A stretch of 64,000 nucleotides of DNA from Octopus vulgaris (GCA_951406725.2 OX597814.1:123070001-123134000); one strand, 5' to 3'; numbered from the stretch's first letter, positions 25,754-40,199 are shown. Made by a program: numbers and translations. Notes: generated by a model from the sequence alone, not told the origin.

Positions 25754-26487
25754 AGGCAGGGAGGAAATAAACACATGAGAGCAAACTGCTCCAGATGACA
25801 ATATTCGTGTACATTCGAATGTGGGAAGAACTTGCACTGCAGAAATAGTCTCAGGAGGAATTTGTCCCTATAGACAACATGTGTGAATATACATGGGGCT
25901 ATAAATGACGTCAACGGATCGTATGATATATGTGGTTCTGCTTTGTTATATTCTTCCTTTGCACATATACAACAGTGATAAAACGGAAAACTCGGTGGGG
26001 GGGTGGGTTACGAAAGAAGCCTTTCGTGATATTCCTCCTTCAATTATCAAATATTGTCAAAATTCCAGTAAATGTCACGATGGAAAAACAGTAACCCACG
26101 ACGCTAATGTTCACCAGTTGCTATATTAAAATTGAAATAAATATATAATTCAACACCATATCACAAATATACATAAACGTATCAACAATGTAAAATATGC
26201 TATCATCAATATACAACATCAACAATATACAGCTTAGGAAACATTTCCCTCTCTATTTTTATTCTCCATATCACATTATTCTTTGTTTCCGTTCTGCTAT
26301 TATTATGTGGTTTCAATATGGCTTTTTTCCGTAATATTTTGCAGTATGCTTTCTACATTTGTTTATTTTTATTTATTCATTTTATTTTATTTTTATCTGT
26401 TTCTTTTTTTATAATTCTAATTTTGTTCGGTTTTTTCCCCTAAATCACATATGCATGCATACAAACATACACATGTATATATGTATG

Positions 26488-26545
<58 letters not shown>

Positions 26546-26563
26546 TATACATACATATCTATA

Positions 26564-26610
<47 letters not shown>

Positions 26611-28464
26611 CATATATATATATGTGTGTGTATTCTTATATGGACATGAGTGTATACATATGTATGTATGTATGCAAACATGCATGTATATATGTGTGTA
26701 TGTATGTATGTATGCATGTGTGTATGCATGTGTGTGTTTATATATACATACATACATACCAGCTATGTTATTTTGCCCTTGTTTGTAATATCTTTTGCCA
26801 TTTTTTTTTATTTTTGTAATCTGTTTGCAACAAATTCTGATTTCTGTCGGTAGATTTAATAGCCAAGTTTCGATATAAACAACAATAGCAACAAGAACAA
26901 CAAGAACAACAACAACAATAATAACAATAACAATAAAAAAAAATTATGATTACAGTCCGGTTTTCTAATATTTAATGTAATTGAGTGAAATGTATGACAG
27001 TGCGTTGATGGTGAGTTTATTAATGTCCATTCTAAACACTAGACTCCCTCCCTGGGGATCAGCACTCATTAATGTTTCAACACGCAATACTGCCAAAATA
27101 CTCCTGGGAGTGAGAACCAAAACTTAACCCAACACGACACTACAATCACTTACGTCAGCAGAAAACCAACATTGAAGAGTCAATAATGTAGTGAGGTGAA
27201 TACCGGGAGAGAGATGATGTAGGCGTGTGTGTGTGCGCGTGCGTGTATGTGTGTGTGTATGTGTGTGTGCGGTGACATGATGGGGATAGTTGTTGGTTGT
27301 GGTAGTGGTGATTGCGGTGGTGACGGTGGCTGTAGTGTTGGTAGTTGCGGTGACGGTGGGGCGGTGGTGATACTGTCGGTGGTGATACTGTCGGTGGAGA
27401 TGCTGGTGGTGGTGGTGGTGATGCTGTTGCTGCTGCTGCTGTTGCTGGTGCTGCTGGCGGTGGTGCTAGTGGCTAGTGGTGGTATTGATAATTGTGGCGA
27501 AGGTAGTGGTGGTGGTGGTCGTGGTTGTGGTGGTGGTGTGCCCTACAGGTATGTTTTGGTTGTGTTGTAGTAGCCGTGATGATATGTAGTGGCAGTGTGG
27601 TAGTGGTATGTGTGTGTGTGTGTATGGTGTGTAGTAGTGTGTATGTTTGTATGGTCGTCGTCGTCGTCATGACGATGGCAGTGATGCTGGAAGTGGTAGC
27701 GGTGGTGGTGTTGCTGGTGGTGGACGTGGTGTTGCTGGTGGTGGTGGTGGTGGTGGTGGTGGTGTGTAGTGATGACATTTGATTGGGGTTGTGTTCATGC
27801 TATTATTTCGCCCCCAAGTCAGGCCTGTGATAAGAAGCTTTCTACCCTATCTTTGAGCATTGTCCACCTCGGATTACTCTATACAATGTCCCATTATATG
27901 AAAATTTGGTTGTTATTTCTAGCAATGTCCGTATGATTGTTATGGTACGTATATGTGTGCGTGAGCGCGCGGGTGTGTCTCTATATGAGTGTGTACTATT
28001 GGTAGTGGTGGTGGTGGTGGTCGTCGTCGTCGTCGTCGTCGTTGTCGTAGTGGTGGTGTGACTATAGTCGCCATTGTTGCTCTTGTTTCTCCCAGCCATT
28101 CTCAAACTAACACCAGGCTCCCGCCATCCCGTTATTAACGACAGCGCAAAATAGAGTTCGCAGCCTCATATTCTTATTTCTTCACCAAGGTGTTGCAATC
28201 CTGTTAAATTTATTATATCATGCAATTTATCCGCCCAAAATTTCAATCCTAATAGCCCCACCCCACCTCCCTCCTAAGAGGTTCAACTCTGCACCCTTAG
28301 GAGAAACACTGGTTTAGCATTATGTCAGATCAGATTGTGCAGACCTATGAGTATCTCTGCCAACCGTGGCCATTCCATCTGGTAGTGTGTGCTTGTGATG
28401 CGGAGTATTGATGAATGTAAGACTTGTGTGTGACGATTGTGTGTGAGCAGTCGTGGTGTCGTAT

Positions 28465-29045
28465 AGGCGGGGAGCTGGCGGAAACGATAGCACGCCGGGC
28501 GAAATGCTTAGCGGTATTTCGTCTGCCGTTACGTTCTGAGTTCAAATTCCGCCGAGGTCGACTTTGCCTTTCATCCTTTCGGGGTCGATTAAATAAGTAC
28601 CAGTTACGCACTGGGGTCAATGTAATCGACTTAATCCGTTTGTCTTCCCTTGTCTGTCCTCTCTGTGTTTAGCCCTTTGTGGGTAGTAAATCTTCCAGAT
28701 TTTATGTTCTGAGTTCAAATTCCGCCATGGTCGACTTTACCTTTTATCCTTTCGGGGTCGATAAAATAAGCACAGTTGAGCAGTGGGGTCGATGAAATCG
28801 GCGAGATTGCTTGCCAAAATTTGAAACCATTATTAATAAAGGTGGCGAGCTGGCAGAATTGTTAACACGCTTGCAGCATTTCGTCCATCCATACATTCTG
28901 AGTTCAAATTCCACCGAGGTCGACTTGACCTTTCATCTTTTCGGGGTCGATGAAATATAATACCAGTTGAGCACTGGAGACAATGTTATCGACTAGCCCC
29001 CGTCCCCTAAGATTTCAGGCCTTGTGCCTTTAAAAGAATGTATTG
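28465..29045 (+). mobile_element. SINE family N, cluster of three units with three different tails
   Basis: Full head at 28465 and 28840, headless body at about 28700; the tails are Tx1-like, ..CAAAATTTGAAAC and ..GGCCTTGTGCCT. Confidence 0.85.
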
Positions 29046-29300
29046 GTGTATGACTGCATTATGCTGTAGTGTTGCATGGTGTGGTTGTTGTTGTTGTTGT
29101 TAAGCAACAAGACGAGTAAGGGTGATTAGGTGATGGTCTACGGCTTAGGGGTGGGAGACTCAAGACCTGGGGAAAAAAAACTTTGGTCGTCTTGTAGTCG
29201 AGGGCTCTTCGTTAACGTCCGACACCACTGTGAGGTGGCCCTCGAAGTCGCTGGAAATGGAGATCTCCAGGTCCAAATTCTTGGACGGCTGTTGTTGTAG

Positions 29301-29343
<43 letters not shown>

Positions 29344-29479
29344 GTTGGTGGTGGTGGTGGTGGTGGTGGTGGTGGTGGTGGTGGTGGTGGTGGTTAGCTG
29401 CAGAACAGCCCGACTGAACATACCGAGCAAAGACATTCTTGTGTGCTGCGAACTTAAGCCTTACACTCTCTAGAAGAGA

Positions 29480-30200
29480 GTGATCAAAGCCATTCCAGCT
29501 GTGCCAATCACTTCTGTCACGCATGTGTAGGGAATCCAGGCCTTCATTATGTAAAGCAGACTTATGATCAAAGACACGCCAGCTTTGACAAACCCATTTG
29601 TTCTTTTTCCTACGCTTATGTTACCCTGATTAGCAATTGCTCAGAGCTATCTATGGTCAGAGAGAGTCCAGTCGTGCCAGTCCCCCCTTTTACCTACATT
29701 TAGGGACCTCGAGCTTACATTATCCAGTACAGAAAAGAGCGGTCCTACCTGGGCAACGCTTTAAAGGAGGCGGCACTTTAGCGTGAGCTGTATAGGCTTA
29801 TGCCTCCACGCGGTGGGGCGCAGCTGCCCCAGGCGGCACACTCACTCTGGCTATGTCACTAGCTATGATCAAAGGTATTCCAACCTCATTTTTTGACTTA
29901 TTGTGTAGGGAATCTATGCTTACATAATCCAGAGCAAACCTAAAATCAGAACCATCCCAGCCGTGACAATCCCATCGTGTGCCTTTATGTACAAGGAACC
30001 CACACTTATATTATCCAGACCAGACCTAAGACCAAAGGCGTTCCAGTCCTGACATTCCCATTATGTCCCTTTATGTGTAAGGAACCTACGATGCCATTAT
30101 CCAGAGCAGACCTATGATCATAGATATTCCAGCCGTGATATACCTTATCGTGTACATTTATGTATAAAGAATCCCGGCCCAGATCCACGATATCCAGTGT
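29480..30200. repeat. Diverged ~85-bp tandem units of family U1, interrupted by a MITE-like piece
   Basis: Recurring TGATCAAAG..TTCCAGCCGTGAC..TGTGTAGGGAA..ATTATCCAGAGCAGACCTA. Confidence 0.7.
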
Positions 30201-30939
30201 ATTTTTTTCTAGCTCGGGTGCGTGTGAGTTGAGTTAGATTTGACTGTTATTTCTAGCAGATCCATCGACCACACATAGGCACCCGCGCTGGCTTGTTGAG
30301 TGATGATGCTGGAGGCTGCGGCGGCAGCATCGGCAGCAGCAGCGATGGTGATGGTGGTGGAGGAGACGTCGGTCGTGGTCGTGATGGCAGCGGCGGTGGT
30401 GGTGGTGGTGGTTTCGGTAGTAGTAGAGCTGCTGCGAGTGCTGCTGTTGCTGCTGCTACTATTGCTGCGTGGTATGTTGCGATGGTATGTGGTGATGGTG
30501 GTGGTGGTGGTGATGTTGACATGACGGTGTTGAGATGACAGTTGTAGAGGTAGCAGTATGCGACTGTGGTTAGTACATGATGGGCGATGGTGGTGGTGGT
30601 GGTGGTGGTAGTGGTGGTGGTAGTGGTAGCTTCTACAGTTTTGTGTCGATGTTGTGGTGAGAGCGATAAGAAGTGGTTGAGGAGGGAGCTAGGTATATAA
30701 CGAGATTAGAGTTGTCAAAAAATGCGTAGTAATGGATAGCTTGGAATCGACAACTAATTTAATGGAAACCGAGATTGAACAAATCTATCTCCTCATCTAG
30801 AAACTTGGTAAACAGGCTGAGCTTTGTGATAACAACCTAATACAACAACAACAACAAGGTATAAAATAACAGCCTCAGTAACAACGACAAATTAATAATG
30901 ATAACAATAATAATTATGATGATGATTATTGTTATTATT

Positions 30940-30974
<35 letters not shown>

Positions 30975-30992
30975 TTATTGTTATTAGTATTA

Positions 30993-31193
30993 GGCGTAGG
31001 ATGTGGCTGTGCGTGGTAAGTAGTCTTTATGGTAAATTTGATAAAATAAAGTAGCTTGCTTACGAACTACATAGTTCCAGGTTCAGTCCCGCTGCGTGGC
31101 ACCTAGGGCAAGTGTCTTCTACTATAGCCTCGAGCCGACCAAAGCCGTGTGAGTGGATTTGGTAGACGGAAACTGAAAGAAGCCCGTCGTATG

Positions 31194-31224
<31 letters not shown>

Positions 31225-31442
31225 GTGTGTGTGTATATGTTTGTGTGCCTGTGTTTGTCCTCTTAACATCGCTTGACAACCGATGCTGGTGTGTTTACGT
31301 CCCCGTAACTTAGCGGTTCAGCAAAAGAGACCGATAGAATAAGTACTAGGCTTACTAAGAATAAGTCCTGGGTTTGATTTGCTCGACTAAAGGCAGTGCT
31401 CCAGCATGGTCGCAGTCAAATGACTGAAACAAGTAAAAGAGT
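30993..31442 (+). mobile_element. SINE family C, full length
   Basis: Matches 50467..50875 throughout. Confidence 0.9.
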
Positions 31443-31679
31443 ATTTTCAAAGGTTCCAAATCAGTACCTATAAGGAAACAAATATTATAAAATAATATTT
31501 GTTTGGTAATAATACTAATGGTTTCAAATTTGGGCACAATGGCAACAATTTCGTTGGTGGGGAGTATAAGTCGATTACATCGACCCCAGTGTTTAACTGG
31601 TACAGGATTAAAGGCAAAGTTGAAAACGGCAGAATTTGAACTCAAAACGAAATACCGCTAAGCATTTTTTCTCACTTGC

Positions 31680-31729
<50 letters not shown>

Positions 31730-31761
31730 TGATGATGATGATGATGATAATAATAATAATT

Positions 31762-33770
31762 CATTATCTTATTAGCCACGAGGGCTCATATAAAATAACC
31801 TTAAATGATACGCAACAATATGAAAGACAAAAAGAGGACAATAGAATGGGTTTTACTGTGTGTAATCAATATAAATAACAATTAAAATTTAATTAAAACT
31901 CCCCATAGGGAGGCGCTTTAAGGTCTTCGTAGAAAACCCACAAAAGCCACGGATGCCTGATCAACATGGCAAGAGCCCTTCTCCTTTAATTCTCTTTTTA
32001 CAGGTGCACGCTCAGAATTGGTCCTTTCACACTGGCCATTCTTCTAACATTCACCCACTTTCAACAAACTTGCTACAGGACAACACTTTCCTCTCCACCC
32101 TCAACTTCCTTTTCAAGTGAAAAAGTTGATGAGGGCTTGGCCAAAGAGGAAAGAGTTTGTCCTTAGCCCTTTCAAACGGGTCCACTGTTCTACCTCTTTC
32201 GCTACAGCTACTAGACAAATAAAAATTGCCTGCCCCTCCTGGCTAAAAGAAGGGCGATGGGGCAGTCTTCATAATGCATTCAGCTGATAGCAGGATCCGT
32301 CTTACACGTAAATGCAGGTGTTCCGCATAAACCCACTGGTCAGCAATACTCGGGCACTGGACTAGGGCGTATAGAACGGTTTCATCGTTCTGGGCGCACT
32401 TCAGGCAGGCCCGGCTGGCGGTACTTCTGTGCCTGTAAAGTTTATCTCGAACAGGCAGCGTTCCTCGGTAGCACTGCCAGGAAAGGGATTTCTCCCAAAC
32501 AGATCGGTTAGTTGATTTTCATCGACGCCTAATGTTTCCCCGAGTGGTGGTGCATTGTGTGTCTGGAAGACAAAGTCTTCCATTGTAGTGTCTTTAATGT
32601 ATGTAACAAGGTGTATATCGTGAGGTTGGTGGTGTTTGTGCAGTCTGTTTGTGTTATTCACTGTGTTGGTGTTTGAGGTGGTAGTGCTGGTGGAGGTGGC
32701 GTTGTTGTTGATTGCTGTGTGTGCTTGGTGCTACTGTTGGGAAGTTCCTCCCTTTTGTACTTCCCCCTCTTTTCTTCTACTGTCCTTTTTTTCTTCTTTT
32801 TGGTGGGGAACTGTTTGCTACTCCTCTCGACCTCAGTACTTGAACAGTCCGAGTTGTTTTGGTCGAGAAGGGGGACTTTCTCTGGCTCTTGGTTTTGCTG
32901 GTGGTGTCGGTGGTGGTGGTTTTAACGCAATTTCCAATTGCTGTTGAGTCGCTCGTTCCACTCTTTTTTTTTTTTTAGCGGTATTTCGTTTGTCTTTACG
33001 TTCTGAGTTCAAATTCCGCCGAGGTCGACTTTACCTTTTATCCTTTCGGAGTCGATAAATTAAGCACCAGTTACATACTGTGGTCGATCTAATCGACTGG
33101 CCTCTTCCTTAAAAATTTCGGACCTTGTGCCTAGAGTAGAAAAGTTTATTTAATGCCCTGTATATTACGTTTTTTTTTGTTTTGTTTTTTCAGTGTTTCT
33201 ATTATTAGTTCTTTTGGGGTGTTAAGGAAGACATTATTCTCTTCCTTCCTTAACAACCCCTTTACATTTTTTAAGTCGTCAATAGTTAAATGAATTAACT
33301 CCCTAGTTTATTTCGCCGCCGAGGCGAAACCGTTGCAGCTTGGTTTGTCGTTGTTGCTCCTGTTCGACTTTTCTTTTTCATTCGTATTGTCTGTGTTCAT
33401 GTCGGTGTTGGCGGTATTTTCTTGAATGTTTCTTTTTTCTTTTTCCATGTTAATGGTGGTGCTGGTGCTGTTATTTGTGGTGTCGGTACTGTTATTTGTG
33501 CTGTTCAGAGGGGGAAAATCTTAGCTATACTGGCTGTCAGAACAGCCACTGCCACTCCCCTCGCCAGAGGAAGCCATCTTGTTTTTCGTACGACGAAAAA
33601 CAAAAAATATTTTTAAAGGACCAAAACGTCAAAAATTCGCCTCTAAAAGGGGGAACTTTTAACAAAAGAACCTCTTCTGTACACCAAAAGGGGTTCAGAA
33701 AATAAAACAGCCAAACTTAGACTGACCAAAAAGTAACTGAAAAGTATTTAAGAATGGTCTTTGGCTTACT
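31762..33770 (-). mobile_element. Divergent Tx1-like LINE, apparently internally deleted (ORF2 C-terminus at ~32000..32490; low-complexity ORF1-like remnant upstream), with a family N SINE at 32977..33148
   Basis: CCTGGCAGTGCTACCGAG, AGTGGGTGAATGT and CACTTGAAAAGGAAG align with Tx1 copies 1 and 3; the 3' end runs into (TTA)/(TCA)n. The upstream part is assigned by inference. Confidence 0.6.
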
Positions 33771-33866
33771 ACCATCCATGCAGGAATTGCAAAAGATTGT
33801 CTTAACTGGAACGTTGCTGTGAATTTTCCTTCCTTTTCCCACTTTATTTCATTTTATTTATTTTTT

Positions 33867-34070
33867 TTACTTGTTTCAGTCATTAGACTGCGGCCATGCT
33901 GGAGCACCACTTTTAGCCGAACGAATCGACTCTAGGATTTATTCTTTGTAAGCCTAGTACTTTTTTTATCGATCTCTTTTGCCGAACCGCTAAGTTACAG
34001 AAACATAAACACACCAACATCGGTTTGTCAAGCGACGGTGAGGAACAAACACAGACACATAAACATATAC

Positions 34071-34139
<69 letters not shown>

Positions 34140-34140
34140 A

Positions 34141-34205
<65 letters not shown>

Positions 34206-34432
34206 TGTATGTATGTATGTATGTATATGTAAATATATATATGTATGTATATATGTATATATGTATATATGTATACGACGGGCTTCTTTCAGTTTCTGTC
34301 TACCAAATCCTTTCACAAGGCTTTGGTCGGCCTGAGGCTGTAGCAGAAGACACCTTTTCAAGGTGCCCCGTAGTGGAACTGTACCCGGAATCATGTGATT
34401 GGGAAGCAAGCTTCTTACCACACAGTCACGCC
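33867..34432 (-). mobile_element. SINE family C with expanded internal microsatellite
   Basis: Both halves present; splits an R4/Dong-like 3'UTR (33771..33850 and 34465..34620). Confidence 0.85.
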
Positions 34433-34651
34433 TGTTTATTTTTAATTTTTTTTATTTTTCTCTTTGTCTTCCCCATTATCTCTGTCATTATCTCTGACTT
34501 TGTAAATGAAGAATCTGGCGTATTTATTTTAATAACCTACCAATGTATGCAGTACGTTTCTCTGCCCTAGGTGTCAGGAAGACTCTCGGCAAGAAATGGC
34601 AACCGAATTGAAACAACATGCTAATCATAATAATAGTAATAATAATAATGA

Positions 34652-35014
34652 TCACAGCTTATCAAATTCTTTTGCCGAGATATCATGCCCATAATATCTA
34701 GGGCAAAAGAATTTGATAAGCTGTAACCATAATGTCTCGGCAAAAGAATTTGATAAACTCAGAAGATATAAATATCTGCTAATCGAAATAGAAAAGATGT
34801 GGCATCTCAAGACGGTTACAATACCAGTGATTGCAGGAGCATTTGGAATGACCAAAAAAGGAACTGAAAATTATTTAAGAATGATCCCTGGCTTACCATC
34901 CATGCAGGAAGTGCAAAAGATTGTCTTAACTGTATTGAGAAGAGCAGTGTCGGTGTGAATTTTCTTTACTTTTTCACCCCTTATTTTATTTGTTTACTTT
35001 TAATTTTTTTTCTC

Positions 35015-35061
<47 letters not shown>

Positions 35062-35225
35062 TCTCTCTCTGTCTCTCTCTCTTCCCCTATAACATGACTT
35101 TGTAAATGAACAATCTGGTGCGTTCATTGTAATGGCCTACCAATGTATAGAGTACGTTTCTCTGCCCTAGGTGTCAGGAAGCCACTCGGCAAGAAATGGA
35201 AACAGAATTGAAAGAAAATGTTGAA

Positions 35226-35285
<60 letters not shown>

Positions 35286-37263
35286 TTAGCGGAATGTGTG
35301 GTGAGAGGAGTGAAACTGTATGGTACATCGTTAGCGAATGCCCGAAATTGGCACAACACAAATACAAACGACGCCAAGACAATGTGGCAAGAATGATCCA
35401 TTGGAAGCTCTGTGGAAATCATGGCATACAAAGAGCAAAGACGTAGTATGAGAGAATCCCAGAAGGAGTCACTGAAAATGAGAATTGCAAAATCCTGTGG
35501 GATGTAATGACCAGACATTGGAAACCAGACATTGTTGTGGCGAATAAAAAAGAAAAAAACTTAAATAATAATCGACATAGCATTCCCCGGTGACAACAGG
35601 ATCAATGTGGAAAAGAAGACAAAATGAACAACTATGACGATTTGAAGTGAGAAATACGAAGGTTGGGATTAATGAAGAGAGTAGACGTTGATGCCACTAG
35701 TGATTGGTGCACTTGGAAGTGTCAGCACTCAACTACCAGCATGACTGAAAAAGATTGGTGCAAGTATGAAGGTAGGACACCTACAAAAATCAGCATTGCT
35801 TGGAATTGCAAGAATTCTTCCCAGGATTCTTGAAGCATGTCCAGTAAACCTTAGTCTGCTGGTTGTGGACAGCTGATACTTTCCTTCATACCCAGCAAAA
35901 TAAGCTGTGAGTTTTCCTTAGCAGTTCCGGTTGTTCTTTACAGTTCCAATGTGTTGAACTGGAATATGAGCGAAATAAGGAAGATTGACAGGAAAATCCA
36001 TAAGCTGCTGATTTGCAATAAGATGCACCACTCAAAGGCAGACGCAGATCGTCTTTACCTACCCTGAGCTCAAGGAGGTCGAGGCTTGATGCAATTTGAA
36101 ATCTACAAAACCATCACAATTGGACTGACAAAATATCTTGAAGCATCTAACGACTGGATACTAAAGCTCGTTGGAAACCATGAAAGACACAAGATGCTAC
36201 ATTCTGTTATAAAGGAGAGCAAAATATTTTCAACTGAGTTTATGCATAATACCCAGGTTGAACAGCATGATGGAAGTGCAGCAACTGTAGTTGCGAAGGT
36301 GAAATCAATAGCAAAGCAAAATGCGTTTGAACAATTGGCTGATAGGTGGGAACAAAAACCTCTGCATGGCAAATATGTGGCCCGTAGCAAGCAAGCTGAT
36401 GCGGATCAGAAGCACACCCATCAGTGGCTACGGAGCTCAGAGCTAAAGGCAGAGAGTGAAGGCTTTATTTTGGCTTCCCAAGATTAGAGCTTAATCTCTG
36501 AATGTAAGGTTTTAGCACCTGTAGAGTACAAATCAAAACATAACAGAGTTGGCCAATTTCTACACTGGATAATGTGTCGGCGTTATAAAATCAAAACTGC
36601 TGACAAATGGTAAAAGCACCACCCTGAGGCTGTAACTGTTCTTTGGAACTTCCCAGTATGTACAGACCGGACTATCAAGGCAAACAAACCAGATATTGTT
36701 GTGAAAGATCAAAACAATAAAGTCTGTTTATTGATTGACATGAGCATACCCTGTGACCATAATATCTCGTCAAAAGAATTTGATAAGCTCAGAAAATATA
36801 AAAAGTTGCTCATTGAAATCAAAAAGATGTGGTATCTCAAGACGGTTACAATACCAGTGATTGTAGGAGCACCTGGAATGATCATAAAAGGAACTGAAAA
36901 TTATTTAAGATAGATTCCTGGCTTACCATCCATACAGGAAGGGCAAAAGATTGTCTTAACTGTATTGTCACACGTATTGAGAAGATGAGAAGAGCATTTC
37001 CTTTTCCCCCGTACCTTTATTCTTTTTTTTTTTTTTGCTAGTTTCAGCTCAGAGCTGTGGCCATGCTGATGCACCGCCGTTTAATTTGTTTACTTTTTAT
37101 TTTTCCTTTTTCTCTCTGTCTTCCCATTTTTCTCTACCACATGACTTTACAAATGAACAATTTGGTGTGTTTATTTCAATGGCCTGCCAATGTGTACAGT
37201 GCGTTTCTCTGCCCTAGGTATCAGTAAGACACTCGGCAAGAAATGGAAACAGAATTGAAAGAA
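34652..37263 (+). mobile_element. Head-to-tail stack of R4/Dong-like REL-LINE 3' fragments (~34722..35225, 35285..35916, 35920..37263)
   Basis: QGGRGL, WEQKPLHGKY, THQWLRSSELKAESEGFILASQD, KPDIVV, LLIDMSIP and VTIPVIVGA motifs; two different 3'UTR types; the type ending GAATTGAAAGAA is followed by TAA repeats. Confidence 0.9.
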
Positions 37264-37828
37264 GATAATAAAGAAAATAACAATGATGATGATGATGATG
37301 ATTTCATTTATTTGTCACAAGGGCGAAGGATGAGGAGGACAATACAGAGACAGACATAAAGTGTGGGGGTTTACATATAATAATGAAATGATAAAAGATA
37401 ATAATAATGATATAAAAAAATGCCCTGATTCAGTACCAGGCAGTGGCTCTCATGGCTTCTGTTCTTAACTGATTGGAAGTGTTATCTTGTACATTGTTTT
37501 GTCTTGGTATAAAAGATGGCTACAGCAAATATTCTGCTCAATATCACAGATTTACTTGTCAGTTGTTTGACCTTAACTAGTTGTACATATCTCTTAATGG
37601 CTGGCAATATGTGCATCTCTGATCACGAACAAAAGTAGTGGAGAAGCATCGTAGTCATATGTGTGTTGAGAGGAATTCTTTGGGATTTGAATAATTCACC
37701 TCTAAAAACATGGGTGTTTCGTTCAACATCCTCAAACGACAATGTTTCAGTTTTTTTAGTAAAATCAATGACGGATCTGAGCACGAAAACCTGAACTACA
37801 CCCCACGTGGGCCCGCAATTAACTATAA

Positions 37829-38223
37829 ATGTCCCTCTTCCTCTTCATTTGATAATATGCGTCTAATAACTAAACCACATTGTTTATCAATGTGTAGTAA
37901 CTATAAATCAAGCTTAGATGCGTTTATATAGGTGCTTCTTGCAATGGCTTAAGTCTCAAATACTTAATCATAATATAACATTTCTATCCGAAGCTAAGGC
38001 TGGTAGCGCATCTTTATCAAAATTGATTTAGAAATTAAAGAAGGGTTTAGTAGATTACGATACCAAATGGTCGATCGTTCAACGTGCGATATCCGACATT
38101 GGTTATAATAAGTGCTCGGTATGTATTGCAGAAATTAAGATAATTATTAATACTAAGGATAACATTATTAATCGCTTGGACGAACCAATTATAAGATATA
38201 AACATAGATTGCGCAATACCTTC
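37829..38223 (+). pseudogene. Decayed Penelope-like GIY-YIG endonuclease C-terminus
   Basis: IVYQCVV..VYIGAS..SLSKLI*KLK..YDTKWSIVQRA..KCSVCIAEIKII..NIINRLDE..KHR across frameshifts. Confidence 0.75.
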
Positions 38224-40199
38224 CGCCTCTGCAAAAAAAACTCCCATAAGAAATTACTAGTTGCTCCCTCTTAATTTGTATTCAATGAACGTTTCTTAAA
38301 GAACCTCATTTTCCCTTGCCTCTAGGTCTGCACTATATCTATTTAGCTTTATCTAGTATAATAATAATATTACCAAGTAGACACTTCACCTAGTTTTACT
38401 AACGTATATACAAACCATCGGATTCTACAATACTTTTGTATGTTACTACTTCATGGGAATCTGATTAAGCATAGCATTCTTCCCATATTCCCAAGGATAT
38501 CATGTTATATCATGCTACTTTATATCTTTTTTATCCACGTACAGGTTTTGGTACCCGTGTATAGGAGTCTACCATAATCATTTTTTCACAAATCGTGCAT
38601 ACTTGCGGGAGATTGCTGTTTCCTGTTTTATCTTAACTCCTACTAAATACATGTTTTCATGTTTCTTCTTTCTATACGAGCAAACGAGTTGTAAACACAC
38701 GTATATGTGTGGGTGTATATTTTTGCATCTTTATTTTCTTTTTTTCCATTTATTTTTGTATTTATGCGTTTGTAACTATGCGTATAACTTTTCTGCACGT
38801 GTCTCATTTTAGCTTTTTAAGCATCAATGTTCCTTCTGTCTACCATTACATTTAATTATCTTCTGGTGTACGTCTACGTGTATGTATGCTTGTGTGTTTA
38901 AGCATAGAATCGATAATATACTTTATAGCAACAGCGAACTGATGTATTTGCTTGTAAATACGTACGTTTAAGTGTGAACATATGTATGTGGATCTATATC
39001 TTTTGTGAGTAAATATGCACATAGCGAGAATGTATATATAAGTTTTTTTTATTTATGCTTTGCCATGCATTTATCTAAGAATATATACATATTGGGTAGT
39101 TTAAGAATTCAGGAAGCTATACTCATACACAGACTAGGGCCCCAAATTAACAACAGGCTGGAGGCTGGTAATCAATATATTATTTAGTTACATCTGGATG
39201 CGTGTAGGTTCATTTTTGATAACAGGCTCAGGTATTGTTTATAACAAAAATGAGAGAGACGAGAGGAAAAAAGAAGGGGAAAAAAGGAAGCTGCACGCAT
39301 AATACATAACTTAGAAGCAGCGCTACGGATGTACCAGCACACACGAGATTGAGACATGGCCAACCTCACGCACTTCTCATGAGGAATTCCGGAAGGAGCT
39401 TCGTAAGACCACCGCTGAGACGCTTCCGAAAAAGAAAAAACGAAAAGCCGTTGGAAAACCGATTATAGCAGCGACTCCATCTAAGAATATCTGAAGAAGG
39501 AATTTTATTCCGAAATATTATCATACTATGGATAACTAAATTACAACAGGTACATAGCCCATTGTTTGTATTAAAGTGCATTGTTGTACCATTCAAAACA
39601 TGTTATTCTTTACAAACAATACACAATGCTTCAAGCGAACTACAATACCCTCCTATACATATGTGTGTGTGTATGTATGTATGTATGTATGTATGTATGT
39701 ATGTATGTATGTATGTATGTATGTATGTATGTATGTATGTATGTATGTATGTATGTATAGTTTACTCTTCCATTGAGGCAGGACCAACAGAAAAGCACTC
39801 CATCCAGTAAGAGACAGATATCATTTAATGCACATTATGTTAAAATAAAACCTACTAATAGTTTCTTGTCATTGAGACACGTGGTTAGGCAAATTTTTAT
39901 AACATGTCTTGTATCTTCAAGCAATCTTTAGGTTCTGGGCCTATGGTTTGTTCTACTTGAAAACCAGGACGCTGGTACGTGAGAAACCACGAGAAAAAAA
40001 TGAGAATGTTGATGCCAAAAGTGGAATGGGAAGACAAAGGGTGAATAAAAACAGAAAAGAAAGGGGAGATAAAAGAGAGAAAATGGAGTTACGTCATCTT
40101 TGACCGTAAAAATCACAATTAAGTTGATGTAGAATAATTCAACGGAGAGAAGTCCAAAGTCAGCATGACAGCTGCTCAATCCGGAGAGATTGATGTCCG

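Noticed and set aside
25830-25945. Possible extra PLE zinc-motif/GIY-YIG remnant (also ~55790..55810)
   Set aside because: Too few residues survive in any frame.
39315-39493. Possible terminal exon (KQRYG..EEFRKELRKTTAETLPKKKKRK..)
   Set aside because: Short, weak acceptor, no recognisable homology and no partner exons.
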